This document shows positions 39,927 to 50,205 of a stretch of DNA of 64,000 bases, in pieces. The stretch is from an uncultured candidatus Porisulfidus sp. (GTDB taxonomy: Bacteria > Pseudomonadota > Gammaproteobacteria > Poriferisulfidales > Poriferisulfidaceae), in the NCBI GenBank assembly GCA_965116025.1, contig OZ220480.1, positions 1,536,001-1,600,000 of the forward strand, in the 5' to 3' direction. The number at the start of each line of letters is the position of its first letter. Position 1 is the first letter of the stretch. The notes under the pieces are model-generated. The model made no database searches, was not told the origin of the DNA, and saw only the letters and a list, made by a program, of their open reading frames with translations. The translations under genes were made by a program, and so were the position numbers.

Positions 39927-40623
39927 CGCGCCCGAATCCGGTCGGATGACGCGCTGGGTCGGCGTGGGCGTCGCGCTCGGCCTGGGGGCCGCCGGCGGCC
40001 TGTGGCTGATTGATCCGGCGAACCTGCCGATCCGCCAGATCGCCCTGCACGGAGCCTTGCGGCACTTGGAGCCCGTCGCGTTGCGGGGGATCCTCGTCGA
40101 CGCGCTGGACGGCAACATGCTGACCCAGGACCTGCCCGCTCTGGAGCGCAGGCTGGAGCGCGAGGCCTGGGTGCGCGAGGCGCGGATCCAGCGGCGCTGG
40201 CCGGCCGCGCTGAGGATCGAGCTCGTCGAGCAGGTTCCGGTCGCGCGCTGGGCGGCGGGTGGACTGCTGAACGACCAAGGTGAGCGATTCCTCCGCGATG
40301 GCGGCGCGGATCTGCCGCTGCTCGAGCTCGCGGGGGAGCCGGGGCGCGAGGCGGCGCTATTGGCCGCCGCGCGGCGGATCCGGACGATGCTGGAGCCGAG
40401 CGGGCTGCGCTTGGCGCGGCTGGAGGAAAGCCGGTCCCGCTCGCTGCGACTCGCGACGAGCTCGGGCCTGCGCGTCGCGCTCGGGCGAGTCCGCCCGCTC
40501 GGGCGCCTCGCGCGCTGGCTGCGCTACTACGAGTCGTACGCCCGCGTCCGTCGCGCCCGCGACGAGATCATCGACTTGCGCTACCCGAACGGGTTCGCGG
40601 TCCGAACCATAGCCGAATCCTAG
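39919..40623 (+). CDS. ftsQ: Cell division protein FtsQ
   Basis: TM, POTRA WV...RRWP, PVARW, IDLRYPNGFAV. Confidence 0.92.
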   Translation: MASAPESGRMTRWVGVGVALGLGAAGGLWLIDPANLPIRQIALHGALRHLEPVALRGILVDALDGNMLTQDLPALERRLEREAWVREARIQRRWPAALRIELVEQVPVARWAAGGLLNDQGERFLRDGGADLPLLELAGEPGREAALLAAARRIRTMLEPSGLRLARLEESRSRSLRLATSSGLRVALGRVRPLGRLARWLRYYESYARVRRARDEIIDLRYPNGFAVRTIAES

Positions 40624-40635
40624 GAGGAGACCCTG

Positions 40636-41928
40636 ATGAGCCATCCGAATTCCGCCGTCCTGCCGCTGCGTCCGAAGCGGCCCGGACCCCTCGCGCGCCT
40701 GTTCTCGGCGTTCGCGTCCCGTCGCGCCAGCCCGGACCACCTGGTCGCGCTCGACATCGGCACGTCCCGCGTGGTGGTGATGGTCGCGCGCCGGGGGGAA
40801 GACGAGCGTCTTGAGGTCGTCGGTTGCGGCAGCGCCGCCTCGAGCGGGCTCAAGGCCGGCATGGTGGTCAACATCGAGGAGACGGTGGAGTCGATCCGCC
40901 AGGCCGTGGAGGAGGCCGAGGCGATGACCGACGTCGCCATCCGCCACGTCAACGTCGGCATCGCCGGCAGCCACATTCACAGCCTCAACGTCAACGGCGC
41001 CATCCCGGTGCGCGAGAGCGAGATCACGGCCGCGGTGGTCGAGCGGGTGCTCGACGCGGCCAGCGCGGTGAAGCTCGCCGACGACAAGCGCATCCTGCAT
41101 GTGCTGCCGCAGGAGTACGCGATCGACGAGCAGTACGGCATCCGCGCCCCGCTGGGGATGGCCGGGGTGCGTCTGGACGCGCGCGCGCATCTGGTCACCG
41201 CCGGCGCGGGGGCCCTGCACAACTTGGTCAAGTGCGCGCGCCACTGCGACCTGGTCGTCGACCACGTGGTGCTGGAGCAGCTCGCGTCCAGCGAGGCGGT
41301 GCTGACCCCGGACGAGCGCGAGCTGGGGGTCTGCCTGGTCGATATCGGGGGCGGCACCTCGGACCTCGCCGTGTTCCACGCCGGCGCCATCCATCACACC
41401 ACCACCATTCCGATGGCCGGCGACCACGTCAACCGTGACATCGCGATCGCCCTGAGCACCCGGGTGCGGGACGCCGAGCAGCTCAAGATCGAGCACGGCC
41501 GCGCCCTCAGCGACCCGAAGCGGGACGACCAGATCCTGGAGGTGCCGGGGCTCGGCGGGCGGCCGCCCGCGCAGTTGCGCGGCTCGGTGCTGGTGGACAT
41601 CATCCGCCCGCGCTACATGGAGCTGTTCGAGTTGATCAACGACGAGCTGCGCCGCTGCGGCTACTACGACAAGATCGAGGGCGCCGGGCTGGTGCTGACC
41701 GGTGGCGGGGCGATGGTGCGGGATCTGGACCTGCTGGCCGAGGAGGCGTTCGGGCGCCCGGTTCGGGTGGGCGGGCCCCGAGGGCCACGGCTCCACGACG
41801 AGCGCTTCCAGCGACCCGAGTACGCGACCGGAATCGGGTTGCTGACCTACCACGATCCGGCGCGGCCGGAGCCGGGACGCGCGACCGGGGTCGACGCCTG
41901 GCGGCGCCGCGTTCTTTCCTGGATTTAA
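40636..41928 (+). CDS. ftsA: Cell division protein FtsA
   Basis: ALDIGT, DIGGGTSD, VLTGGGA, YATGIGL; RBS AGGAGG. Confidence 0.96.
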   Translation: MSHPNSAVLPLRPKRPGPLARLFSAFASRRASPDHLVALDIGTSRVVVMVARRGEDERLEVVGCGSAASSGLKAGMVVNIEETVESIRQAVEEAEAMTDVAIRHVNVGIAGSHIHSLNVNGAIPVRESEITAAVVERVLDAASAVKLADDKRILHVLPQEYAIDEQYGIRAPLGMAGVRLDARAHLVTAGAGALHNLVKCARHCDLVVDHVVLEQLASSEAVLTPDERELGVCLVDIGGGTSDLAVFHAGAIHHTTTIPMAGDHVNRDIAIALSTRVRDAEQLKIEHGRALSDPKRDDQILEVPGLGGRPPAQLRGSVLVDIIRPRYMELFELINDELRRCGYYDKIEGAGLVLTGGGAMVRDLDLLAEEAFGRPVRVGGPRGPRLHDERFQRPEYATGIGLLTYHDPARPEPGRATGVDAWRRRVLSWI

Positions 41929-41957
41929 CTTTCATCACAACTTGGAGAATTAGGAAA

Positions 41958-43229
41958 ATGACTTTGATTAATGGATTGGATCTGGCGGACAAGTCCGCCC
42001 CCGAGGAAGAGGCTAAGGAGCCCGTGTTCCGGCCGGTTCAGCCGGACCAGGAGGACGCCCGCATCAAGGTGATCGGCGTCGGCGGCGGAGGCGGCAACGC
42101 CACGCAGCGCATGGAGCGCGGCCTGGCCGACAACGTGGAGGTGTTCTGCGTGAACACCGACGCGCAGGTCCTGCGCGGCCTCAAGGTTGGGCAGCCGGTG
42201 CAGATCGGCCGGGAGACCACCAAGGGCCTCGGCGCCGGGGCGCGGCCGCAAGTCGGGCGCGAAGCGGCGAAGGAGAGCCGCGACATCCTCGCCGGACTGG
42301 TCGAGAACGCCGACATGCTGTTCATCACGGCCGGCATGGGCGGCGGCACCGGCACTGGGGCCGCTCCGGTCATCGCCGAGCTGGCGAAGGAGGCCGGAGC
42401 GCTGACGGTGGCGGTGGTGACCCGCCCGTTCGAGTTCGAGGGACAGCATCGCTGCAGCCTCGCCGAGGAGGGCATCCGGGAGCTCGCGGCCCACGTCGAC
42501 TCGATCATCACCATTCCCAATGATCGGCTGATGAGCGAGCTGCCCGAGGACATCTCGATGGAGGACGCCTTCATCGAGGCGGATCGGGTGCTGTACGGCG
42601 CCGTGCGGGGGATCTCCGACCTGATCCTGCGGCCTGGCGTCATCAACCTGGATTTCGCCGACGTGCGGACCGTGATGGCGCAGCAGGGAATGGCCATGAT
42701 GGGCACCGGCGTCGCCGAAGGGCCGAACCGGGCGGCGGAGGCCACGAAGCAGGCCATCAGCTGCCGTCTGCTCGACGAGGTCAACATCACCGACGCTCGG
42801 GCCATGCTGGTCAACGTGACGACCACCAGCAAGGGTCTGGGGCTGGCGGAGCACCGCCAGGTCGCGGACGAGCTCAAGCCGCTTCAGGCTAAAGAGGCGG
42901 AGGTCGTGATGGGCACGACCTACGACGACAGCATGGGCGACCAGCTCAAGGTGACCATCGTGGTGGCGGGCTTCGGGGTCCGCGAGGAGCCGAAGGAGGG
43001 TCCGTCGCCCACCGCCACGACCGGAGGAGCCCCGCGATGGATCGCCAAGGCTCCGCGCCGGATTTCCGGGAGCGCGGCTGGCGCGGGCGAGAGAGAGCCG
43101 AGAGCGGAGAAGGTCGCCCCGGCGCCGACTCTCACCGAGGGAAACCTGGCCCGGGACACGCGCGACACGGGCTGGAGCAAGGCGGGCAAGTTCGACGTCC
43201 CGTCCTACTTGCGCAAGCAGCATGACTGA
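41958..43229 (+). CDS. ftsZ: Cell division protein FtsZ
   Basis: [31 protein letters not shown]-terminal DVPSYLRKQ. Confidence 0.97.
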   Translation: MTLINGLDLADKSAPEEEAKEPVFRPVQPDQEDARIKVIGVGGGGGNATQRMERGLADNVEVFCVNTDAQVLRGLKVGQPVQIGRETTKGLGAGARPQVGREAAKESRDILAGLVENADMLFITAGMGGGTGTGAAPVIAELAKEAGALTVAVVTRPFEFEGQHRCSLAEEGIRELAAHVDSIITIPNDRLMSELPEDISMEDAFIEADRVLYGAVRGISDLILRPGVINLDFADVRTVMAQQGMAMMGTGVAEGPNRAAEATKQAISCRLLDEVNITDARAMLVNVTTTSKGLGLAEHRQVADELKPLQAKEAEVVMGTTYDDSMGDQLKVTIVVAGFGVREEPKEGPSPTATTGGAPRWIAKAPRRISGSAAGAGEREPRAEKVAPAPTLTEGNLARDTRDTGWSKAGKFDVPSYLRKQHD

Positions 43230-43269
43230 GCGCGCTCCCAGCCCGGAAGCGTCTCGGAAGCCGAGCTCT

Positions 43270-43297
43270 TCCCGGAGGCGCGCGCGCGCCTCCGGGA
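43270..43297. repeat. Perfect 28-bp palindrome downstream of ftsZ
   Basis: TCCCGGAGGCGCGCGCGCGCCTCCGGGA is its own reverse complement. Confidence 0.85.
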
Positions 43298-43425
43298 GCG
43301 GGTCCGGCTCCGGTTCGGCCTTCGCTCTGGATAAAAACGGTTTTTTCTGTAATAATGCGCGCGTTCGCGCGTCCGCCCGGCCCGGGCGCGCGCCCGTCAC
43401 CCGTGACGATGGGAAGCGTTCCGCC

Positions 43426-44355
43426 ATGATTCGCCAGCACACCCTGAAGCAAAGCATTTGCGCGGAAGGCATAGGTCTGCACTCTGGAGAGAAGGCTTCC
43501 ATGCGTCTGAGCCCGGCCCCGGTGAACACGGGGGTGGTCCTGCGGCGGATCGACTTCGATCCGCCCACGCGCATCCGGGTGCATCCGGACCAGGTGTCCG
43601 CCACCCGTCTGTCCACGACGCTGTCCAACGGCGACGTCCACGTCTCCACGGTCGAGCACCTGCTGTCGGCGGTGGCCGGGCTCGGGGTCGACAACCTGTA
43701 CGTCGATCTGGATTCCGGCGAGGTCCCGATCATGGACGGCAGCGCCAGCCCGTTCGTGTTCCTGATCCATTCCGGGGGATTGCTCGAGCAGGACGCGCCG
43801 AAGCGCTACATCCGCATCCGCGAGCCGGTCGAGGCGCGCGACGAGAAGGGGGGGCGGTGGGCGCGCCTGACCCCGCACGACGGCTTTCGGGTGGGATTCA
43901 CCATCGACTTCGACCATCCGGCGATTCGCAACACCCGGCAGTCCGTGACGCTGGACCTCTCCAGCTCTTCCTACGTCAAGGAAGTGGCGCGGGCGCGCAC
44001 CTTCGGCTTCCGCCACGAGGTGGAGCTCCTGCGCGAGCGCAACCTGGCGCTGGGCGGAAGCCTGGACAACGCGATCGTGCTGGACGACAATCGCATTCTC
44101 AACGACAGCGGCTTGCGCTACGCCGACGAGTTCGTCAAGCACAAGGTGCTGGACGCTATTGGCGACCTCTACCTGCTCGGCCACAGCCTGATCGGGGCCT
44201 TCGAGGGCTACCGCTCCGGGCATGAGCTGAACATCCAGTTGCTGCGGAAATTGCTGGCGACCGAATCGGCCTGGGAGCTCGTGAGTTTCGAGGACGCCCG
44301 CGAGGCGCCGGCGTGCTTCGCGCGCGTGGGCCCGGCGCGGCCGAGCCCGGCCTGA
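43426..44355 (+). CDS. lpxC: UDP-3-O-acyl-N-acetylglucosamine deacetylase
   Basis: [44 protein letters not shown]. Confidence 0.97.
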   Translation: MIRQHTLKQSICAEGIGLHSGEKASMRLSPAPVNTGVVLRRIDFDPPTRIRVHPDQVSATRLSTTLSNGDVHVSTVEHLLSAVAGLGVDNLYVDLDSGEVPIMDGSASPFVFLIHSGGLLEQDAPKRYIRIREPVEARDEKGGRWARLTPHDGFRVGFTIDFDHPAIRNTRQSVTLDLSSSSYVKEVARARTFGFRHEVELLRERNLALGGSLDNAIVLDDNRILNDSGLRYADEFVKHKVLDAIGDLYLLGHSLIGAFEGYRSGHELNIQLLRKLLATESAWELVSFEDAREAPACFARVGPARPSPA

Positions 44356-44363
44356 TCGGGATC

Positions 44364-44663
44364 TCAGTCGTGCTCGGCTTGGCGCGCGGAGACGCGAACC
44401 TGAAGTCGGCGCAACGGCCGCTCCAGCCGGTCCTGGAATTCGGCGTTGACGAGCTTGAGCAGCTCGCGTTGCTGGTAATGAATCAGCGGCGCTTTCTGGC
44501 CATCGTCGATCGAGACCGTCAGCGCCGACCCGTCGACGCCGCTGCACCAGCACCGCTCGCCCAGCGATTCGGGGAGCTGTCGCCGTAGACACTTGGTGAT
44601 GGCCAGTTGCAGGCGGATGCGGGCCAGCAGATGAGGATCGATATGCTCAAGCAGCTTCTTCAT
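44364..44663 (-). CDS. dciA: DUF721 / DciA-family protein
   Basis: Size, antisense position between lpxC and secA, and the LTVSIDD..A..IHYQQRELL pattern. Confidence 0.65.
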   Translation of the reverse strand: MKKLLEHIDPHLLARIRLQLAITKCLRRQLPESLGERCWCSGVDGSALTVSIDDGQKAPLIHYQQRELLKLVNAEFQDRLERPLRRLQVRVSARQAEHD

Positions 44664-44879
44664 GGGTCTGGACGGGCGAGCTCCTCCATTATCCGGCATG
44701 CCTCGATTCTTGGCAAAGCCTTCGGCGCGCGGCGGCGGGCGTCAGGGAATCCATGGAATGGCGGAACGAGGACGGTCTGATGGCGCGGGCCGGCGAGGCC
44801 GCCAATCCCCTGACCTCGACGTTCTCGCCCGCGCGCCGCTGAGGCGCGGCCGGCCGCGCGTAATTTCGGCGATCCCGCG

Positions 44880-47606
44880 ATGCTCGATTCCTTAGTCCGA
44901 AAACTCTTCGGGAGCCGAAACCAGAGGCTTCTCAAGCGACACCAGCGAACGGTCCTCGCGATCAACGAGCGGGAGGACGCGTTGCGGAACATGGACGACG
45001 CGGGCTTGCGCGAGCGCGTCGATCGGTGCCGCGCTCGTCTCGCCGCGGGGGAGACGCTCGACGCGCTGTTGCCGGAGGTCTTCGCGCTGGTCCGGGAGGC
45101 CGCGCGCCGGGCGCTGGGCATGCGGCACTTCGACGTCCAGCTGCTCGGCGGAATCGTGCTCCACGAGGGCGGAATCGCGGAGATGCGCACCGGCGAGGGC
45201 AAGACCTTGGCCGCCACCCTGCCGGCCTGCCTGCACGCGCTGGCCGGCGAGAGCGTGCACGTGGTGACCGTCAACGACTACCTGGCGCGGCGCGACGCGA
45301 ACTGGATGCGTCCGGTCTACGAGCGGCTCGGCCTGAGCGTGGGCGTGATCACCCAAGGGCTCGACGGCGTCCGGCGCCGCGAGGCCTACGCCGCCGGCGT
45401 GACCTACGGAACCAACAACGAGTTCGGTTTCGACTACTTGCGCGACAACATGGTGTTCCGGGCCGACCACCGGGTCATGCGCGGACAGGATTTCGCCATC
45501 GTCGACGAGGTGGACTCGATCCTCATCGACGAGGCGCGCACGCCCCTGATCATCTCGGGCCCCTCCGAGGACCGCGTCGACCTCTACCAGAAAATGAACC
45601 ATATGGCGCGCGAGCTCCAGCCGCAGCGGGAAGAGGACGGGCCGGGAGACTACCGCGTCGACGAGAAGGCGCGTCAGGTCTATCTGACCGAGGACGGCCA
45701 CCATCGGGTCGAGGAGCGGCTGGCCGCCGAGGGGCTGATCCCGCGCGGGGGGAGTCTGTACGAGGCCGGGAGCATTCGCCTGCTGCACCACGTCAACGCC
45801 GCCCTGCGCGCCCGGGCCCTGTTCCAGCGGGACCGGGATTACATCGTCTCGGAGGACGGCAAGATCGTCATCATCGACGAGTTCACCGGGCGCAAGATGC
45901 CGGGCCGGCGCTGGTCGGACGGCCTGCACCAGGCGGTCGAGGCCAAGGAGGGCGTGGCGGTCGAGGCGGAGAACCAGACCGTCGCGTCCATCACCTTTCA
46001 GAACTACTTTCGGCTGTACTCCAGGCTGTCGGGCATGACGGGCACGGCCGACACCGAGGCCTTCGAGTTCCAGCAGATTTACGGTCTGGAGGTGGTGGTC
46101 GTCCCGACCCATCTGCCGATGGCGCGCGAGGACCTCGGGGACATGGTGTTTCTGACCGCGAAAGAAAAGTACGAGGCGGTGGCGGAGGACATTCGGGACT
46201 GCGTTCGGCGCGGCCAGCCAGCGCTGGTCGGCACGACCTCGATCGCCAACTCCGAGCTGCTGTCCGAGTTGTTGCGGCGGGCGGGAATCGAGCACCAGGT
46301 CCTGAACGCCAAGTTTCACGAGCAGGAATCGCGCATCATCGCCCAGGCCGGGCGGCCTGGCGCGGTCACCATCGCCACCAATATGGCCGGACGCGGCACC
46401 GACATCGTGCTTGGCGGGGCGCTGGAGGCGAGTCCGGGAGAGCCGGAGGCCGCCGTCGATAAGGCGGCGTGGCAGGCCCGGCACGATCAGGTCGTCGCCG
46501 CTGGCGGCCTGCACATCATCGGCACCGAGCGTCACGAGTCCCGGCGCGTCGACAATCAGCTGCGCGGGCGCGCGGGGCGCCAGGGCGACCCAGGCTCCAG
46601 CCGGTTCTACCTGTCCCTAGAGGATAGCTTGATCCGCATCTTCGCCTCGGAGCGGATGTCCACGCTAATGCAGCGCCTCGGCATGAAGGAGGGCGAGGTG
46701 ATCGAGCACCCATGGGTCACCAAGGCGATCGGCAACGCCCAGCGCAAGGTGGAGGCGCGCAACTTCGACATCCGCAAGCACCTGCTGGAGTTCGACGACG
46801 TGATCAACGACCAGCGCGCGCTGATCTACGAGCAGCGCGACCAGATCATGGAATCCGAGGACCTGTCCGATCATGTGGCCTCGATCCGCGTGGACGTCGT
46901 GGACCGGACCTTTCGGGACCACGTTCCGCCCGACAGCGTGGAGGAGCAGTGGAACGTCGAGAGCCTGGAGCGGACGCTGGCGGAGAGCTTCGGGGTGGAC
47001 GCGCCAGCGCGCGCGTGGCTGGAGCGGGAGCCGGAGCTGAACGCCGAGACTCTGTCCGAGCGCGTCCACGAGGCGGTCGAGCGGAAGCTGCGCGACAAGG
47101 AGGCGGCGATCACGCCGGAAGCGATGCGCCACTTGGAGCGGGATCTTCTGCTGACGACGCTGGACATGCACTGGAAGGAGCATCTGGCGATGATGGACCA
47201 TCTGCGCCAGGGGATCGGCCTGCGCAGCTACGCGCAGAAGAATCCCAAGCAGGAGTACAAGCGCGAGGCCTTCGAGCTGTTCCAGTCCATGATGGACCGG
47301 ATCGAGAGCGATTTCATTCAGTTGCTGTGCCGCTTGCGCCTTGGCTCCCCGGAGGAGCTGGATTCGCTGGAGAGGCCGGCCACCGCGATGTCCAAGCTGG
47401 ATTACCGGCACGCTCCGGCGGAGCGGGCCGCTTCCCCGTCCTCCGCGCGGGCCCCCTCGAGTCCGCCGAAGAGAGCTAGCGTCCCGCCGCCGCTCCCGCC
47501 GTTCCGCGGCGCGTCCGAAAAAATTGGCCGAAATCAGCCTTGCCCGTGCGGCTCGGGCAAGAAATACAAGCATTGCTGCGGCGCGCGAGCCCGCAAGGCG
47601 GCATGA
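44880..47606 (+). CDS. secA: Preprotein translocase ATPase SecA
   Basis: MRTGEGKT, DEVDSILIDEARTPLIISG, QLRGRAGRQGDPG, SEC-C CPCGSGKKYKHCCG. Confidence 0.98.
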   Translation: MLDSLVRKLFGSRNQRLLKRHQRTVLAINEREDALRNMDDAGLRERVDRCRARLAAGETLDALLPEVFALVREAARRALGMRHFDVQLLGGIVLHEGGIAEMRTGEGKTLAATLPACLHALAGESVHVVTVNDYLARRDANWMRPVYERLGLSVGVITQGLDGVRRREAYAAGVTYGTNNEFGFDYLRDNMVFRADHRVMRGQDFAIVDEVDSILIDEARTPLIISGPSEDRVDLYQKMNHMARELQPQREEDGPGDYRVDEKARQVYLTEDGHHRVEERLAAEGLIPRGGSLYEAGSIRLLHHVNAALRARALFQRDRDYIVSEDGKIVIIDEFTGRKMPGRRWSDGLHQAVEAKEGVAVEAENQTVASITFQNYFRLYSRLSGMTGTADTEAFEFQQIYGLEVVVVPTHLPMAREDLGDMVFLTAKEKYEAVAEDIRDCVRRGQPALVGTTSIANSELLSELLRRAGIEHQVLNAKFHEQESRIIAQAGRPGAVTIATNMAGRGTDIVLGGALEASPGEPEAAVDKAAWQARHDQVVAAGGLHIIGTERHESRRVDNQLRGRAGRQGDPGSSRFYLSLEDSLIRIFASERMSTLMQRLGMKEGEVIEHPWVTKAIGNAQRKVEARNFDIRKHLLEFDDVINDQRALIYEQRDQIMESEDLSDHVASIRVDVVDRTFRDHVPPDSVEEQWNVESLERTLAESFGVDAPARAWLEREPELNAETLSERVHEAVERKLRDKEAAITPEAMRHLERDLLLTTLDMHWKEHLAMMDHLRQGIGLRSYAQKNPKQEYKREAFELFQSMMDRIESDFIQLLCRLRLGSPEELDSLERPATAMSKLDYRHAPAERAASPSSARAPSSPPKRASVPPPLPPFRGASEKIGRNQPCPCGSGKKYKHCCGARARKAA

Positions 47607-48796
47607 GCTGGCGACCGGTGCCCGGAGCGCGGCTGGCCGCCGCGAGCGCGGGCCTGGCCGCCGGAGAGCGGTCGGATCTGGCGGTGCTGGAGCTGGCGCC
47701 CGGGACGCGCGCGGCCGCCGTCTTCACGACCAATCGGTTCCGCGCCGCTCCCGTGGAGATCGCGCGCGAGCATCTGGAAGCCTCCACGCCCCGGTTGCTG
47801 CTGATCAACGCCGGTTGCGCCAACGCTGGGCTGGGCGAGCGTGGCCGTGCCGATGCCCGGCGGTGTTGCGAGTCGGCCGCGACGGCGTTCGGGATCGAGC
47901 CGCGCGAGGTCCTTCCGTTCTCGACCGGAGTGATCGGCCAGCCGTTGGACGTGGAGAAGATCGAGGCGCGGCTCCCGGATCTGCGACGGGACCTGTCCGC
48001 CGACTCTTGGCCGGAGGCGGCGCGGGCGATCCTGACGACCGATACCCGAAGCAAGCTGGTCGGGCGCCAGATCAAGAGCGGAGGAAAGAGCTTTCGCGTC
48101 ACCGGAATGGCTAAGGGCGCGGGCATGATCTGTCCGGACATGGCGACCATGCTGGCCTTCGTCGCGACCGATCTGGCGGTCGACGCGGTGGTTCTGGAGC
48201 ATGCGCTCGACCGCGCCCTCGAGAGCTCGTTCCACGCGCTCACCGTGGACGGCGACACGTCCCCCAACGACGCGTGCGCGCTGCTGGCGACCGGAGCCAG
48301 CGGCGTGGCGCTTGCGGAACTGGAGGATGCAGGGGTGGAGGACTGGGAGCGCGCCGTCATTGAGGTCTGCGAGGAGCTGGCCCAGGCCATCGTGCGCGAC
48401 GCCGAGGGCGCGACCCGTCTTCTCGCGATCCGGGTCGAGAGGGCCGCCACCGCGGAGCAGGCCCAAGCGGTGGCGCGGGCCATCGCGCACTCGCCTCTGG
48501 TCAAGACGGCGGCGTTCGCCGGCGATCCTAACTGGGGCCGGATTCTGGCCGCCGTCGGGCGTAGCGCCGGAGACCTCTCGCGCATCGATCAGGTCGGGAT
48601 CTGGCTCGACGACGAGCGGGTGGTCGCGGGCGGAGTCGTGGCGGAGGACTACGCGGAAGAGCGAGGCCGGGCGGTCATGGCCCGCGATAAGTTCGAGATT
48701 CGCGTGGATCTGGGAGTGGGCGAGGCGCGGGCGCGAATCTACACGTCCGACCTGTCCTACGATTACGTGAAAATCAACGCCGAATACCGAACCTGA
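47603..48796 (+). CDS. argJ: Ornithine acetyltransferase / N-acetylglutamate synthase
   Basis: STGVIG, KGAGMICPDMATML, DGDTSPND, DAEGAT, DPNWGRI, YVKINAEYRT. Confidence 0.96.
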   Translation: MSWRPVPGARLAAASAGLAAGERSDLAVLELAPGTRAAAVFTTNRFRAAPVEIAREHLEASTPRLLLINAGCANAGLGERGRADARRCCESAATAFGIEPREVLPFSTGVIGQPLDVEKIEARLPDLRRDLSADSWPEAARAILTTDTRSKLVGRQIKSGGKSFRVTGMAKGAGMICPDMATMLAFVATDLAVDAVVLEHALDRALESSFHALTVDGDTSPNDACALLATGASGVALAELEDAGVEDWERAVIEVCEELAQAIVRDAEGATRLLAIRVERAATAEQAQAVARAIAHSPLVKTAAFAGDPNWGRILAAVGRSAGDLSRIDQVGIWLDDERVVAGGVVAEDYAEERGRAVMARDKFEIRVDLGVGEARARIYTSDLSYDYVKINAEYRT

Positions 48797-48800
48797 TTCC

Positions 48801-49760
48801 ATGGCGAAGTCCATGGCTGTGGTCGTGGGGGCCATGCTCGATCAGAGGAATGGCGAGCCGAGAGTGTTGCTCGCGAAGCGCGCCGCTGGCGCGCACCAGG
48901 GCGGAAAATGGGAGTTTCCCGGTGGAAAGAGGAAGGCGGGCGAGAGCGCGCCGCGCGCCTTGGCGCGCGAGCTGGAAGAGGAGATCGGCGTTCAGGCGCG
49001 CGCGTGGCGGCGGTTGATCCGCTTTCCTTATTCCTATCCGGAATTCGATATGGACTTCGAGACGTTCCAGGTTCTGGCCTGGGACGGGACCGCGAGAGGA
49101 CGCGAAGGACAGGAGGTGCGCTGGATTCCGCTGTCGCGCCTCGGGGAATGGGCCACTCCGCCCGCTAGCCTTCCGGTGATTCGCGCGCTTCAGCTGCCGT
49201 CGCGGTACGCGATCAGCGCGGACCCCGCCGGAGACCTGGAGCGCTGGCGTGCCGACCTGTCGGCGACGCTGGGGCGCGGCGCGCGATTGATCCAGCTACG
49301 CGTCCGCTCGCTTTCGGGACCAGCGTATGATCGATTGGCGCGAGAGGCCATCGCGCTGTCCCGATCAGCGGGAGCGAGGATCGTCCTGAACGGCGAGCCC
49401 GAGCGCGCGCTCCGGCTTGGCGCGGACGGGGCGCATTTGAGCGGCGCGCGCCTCATGCGCTTGGCTTCCCGGCCATTGCCGAAGGATTCGCTCGTGGGCG
49501 CGTCTTGTCACAATCCTCAGGAACTGGAGCGAGCGGTTCGGATTGATGCCGACTTCGCGGTGATGTCGCCGGTGCGCGACTCGCCGCGGGCTCTGGGTTG
49601 GGCGGCGTTCGCGGCGATGATCGCCGACGCGGCGTTGCCGGTATACGCGCTGGGAGGAATGCGCCAAGAGGATCAAGCCGCGGCCGTCAAGGCTGGCGCG
49701 CAGGGAATCGCCGCGATCCGAGGGCTGTGGGGGCCAGTCAGCCGAGCAGCACCCCGATGA
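48801..49760 (+). CDS. mutT: MutT-like Nudix hydrolase fused to a thiamine-phosphate-synthase-like domain
   Basis: WEFPGGK..GE..RELEEEIG Nudix box; IQLR, ASCH, PVYALGG, GIAAIRGLW. Confidence 0.9.
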   Translation: MAKSMAVVVGAMLDQRNGEPRVLLAKRAAGAHQGGKWEFPGGKRKAGESAPRALARELEEEIGVQARAWRRLIRFPYSYPEFDMDFETFQVLAWDGTARGREGQEVRWIPLSRLGEWATPPASLPVIRALQLPSRYAISADPAGDLERWRADLSATLGRGARLIQLRVRSLSGPAYDRLAREAIALSRSAGARIVLNGEPERALRLGADGAHLSGARLMRLASRPLPKDSLVGASCHNPQELERAVRIDADFAVMSPVRDSPRALGWAAFAAMIADAALPVYALGGMRQEDQAAAVKAGAQGIAAIRGLWGPVSRAAPR

Positions 49761-50037
49761 AAAAGGTCGTCAGGTAAATGACGATCAGGCCCAGCATGGA
49801 CAGCAGGCACAGCGTGGTCACCGGATGGCGGGGAGGCCGATGGCCGAAGAGAGTTCCGGCGACCGCGACGAGGAACGAGACGAGCGCCAAGCTCTGCGCG
49901 CAACCGGTCTGGCAGGAGCGCGCCTCGAAAGGGCCACTCAAGAGATTGAAGACCAGCGCCACGGTCAAACTCCAACTGACGACCGCGGCTAGGGCGGTCC
50001 AAGGCGAGATGGCGGCATAATAGCGAGAGCCGATCAT
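49738..50037 (-). CDS. Small hypothetical membrane protein (3 predicted TM segments, CxxxC loop)
   Basis: Three hydrophobic segments and CQTGC. Confidence 0.5.
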   Translation of the reverse strand: MIGSRYYAAISPWTALAAVVSWSLTVALVFNLLSGPFEARSCQTGCAQSLALVSFLVAVAGTLFGHRPPRHPVTTLCLLSMLGLIVIYLTTFFIGVLLG

Positions 50038-50158
50038 GCGCGTATTCTAAACCCGTCATCGCGACCGCGCGCTCGTTGAGCGGGTGGAGAGTCTTCCCGA
50101 TGGGCGGCCTCAGCCCGCCATCCACGGAAATGGGACGCGCGCGGGTGCTGGGCGCATG

Positions 50159-50164
50159 TATAAT
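50159..50164 (+). promoter_or_regulatory. -10 element for the autotransporter
   Basis: TATAAT ~40 nt upstream of the ATG, with RBS AGAGGA. Confidence 0.5.
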
Positions 50165-50205
50165 CCACGGTCATCTGAACGCTGGAACCGAATAGAGGAA
50201 CAACA

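Noticed and set aside
43222-43425. 68-codon in-frame extension of lpxC overlapping the ftsZ stop
   Set aside because: Low-complexity translation across a palindrome and a promoter-like patch; LpxC homologs begin at MIRQ
27301-44592. Very long alternative-frame and antisense ORFs, and apparent N-terminal fusions (974, 859, 767, 749 aa) in the dcw cluster
   Set aside because: Stop-codon scarcity at high GC; real starts are marked by ATGA/GTGA overlaps and family N-termini
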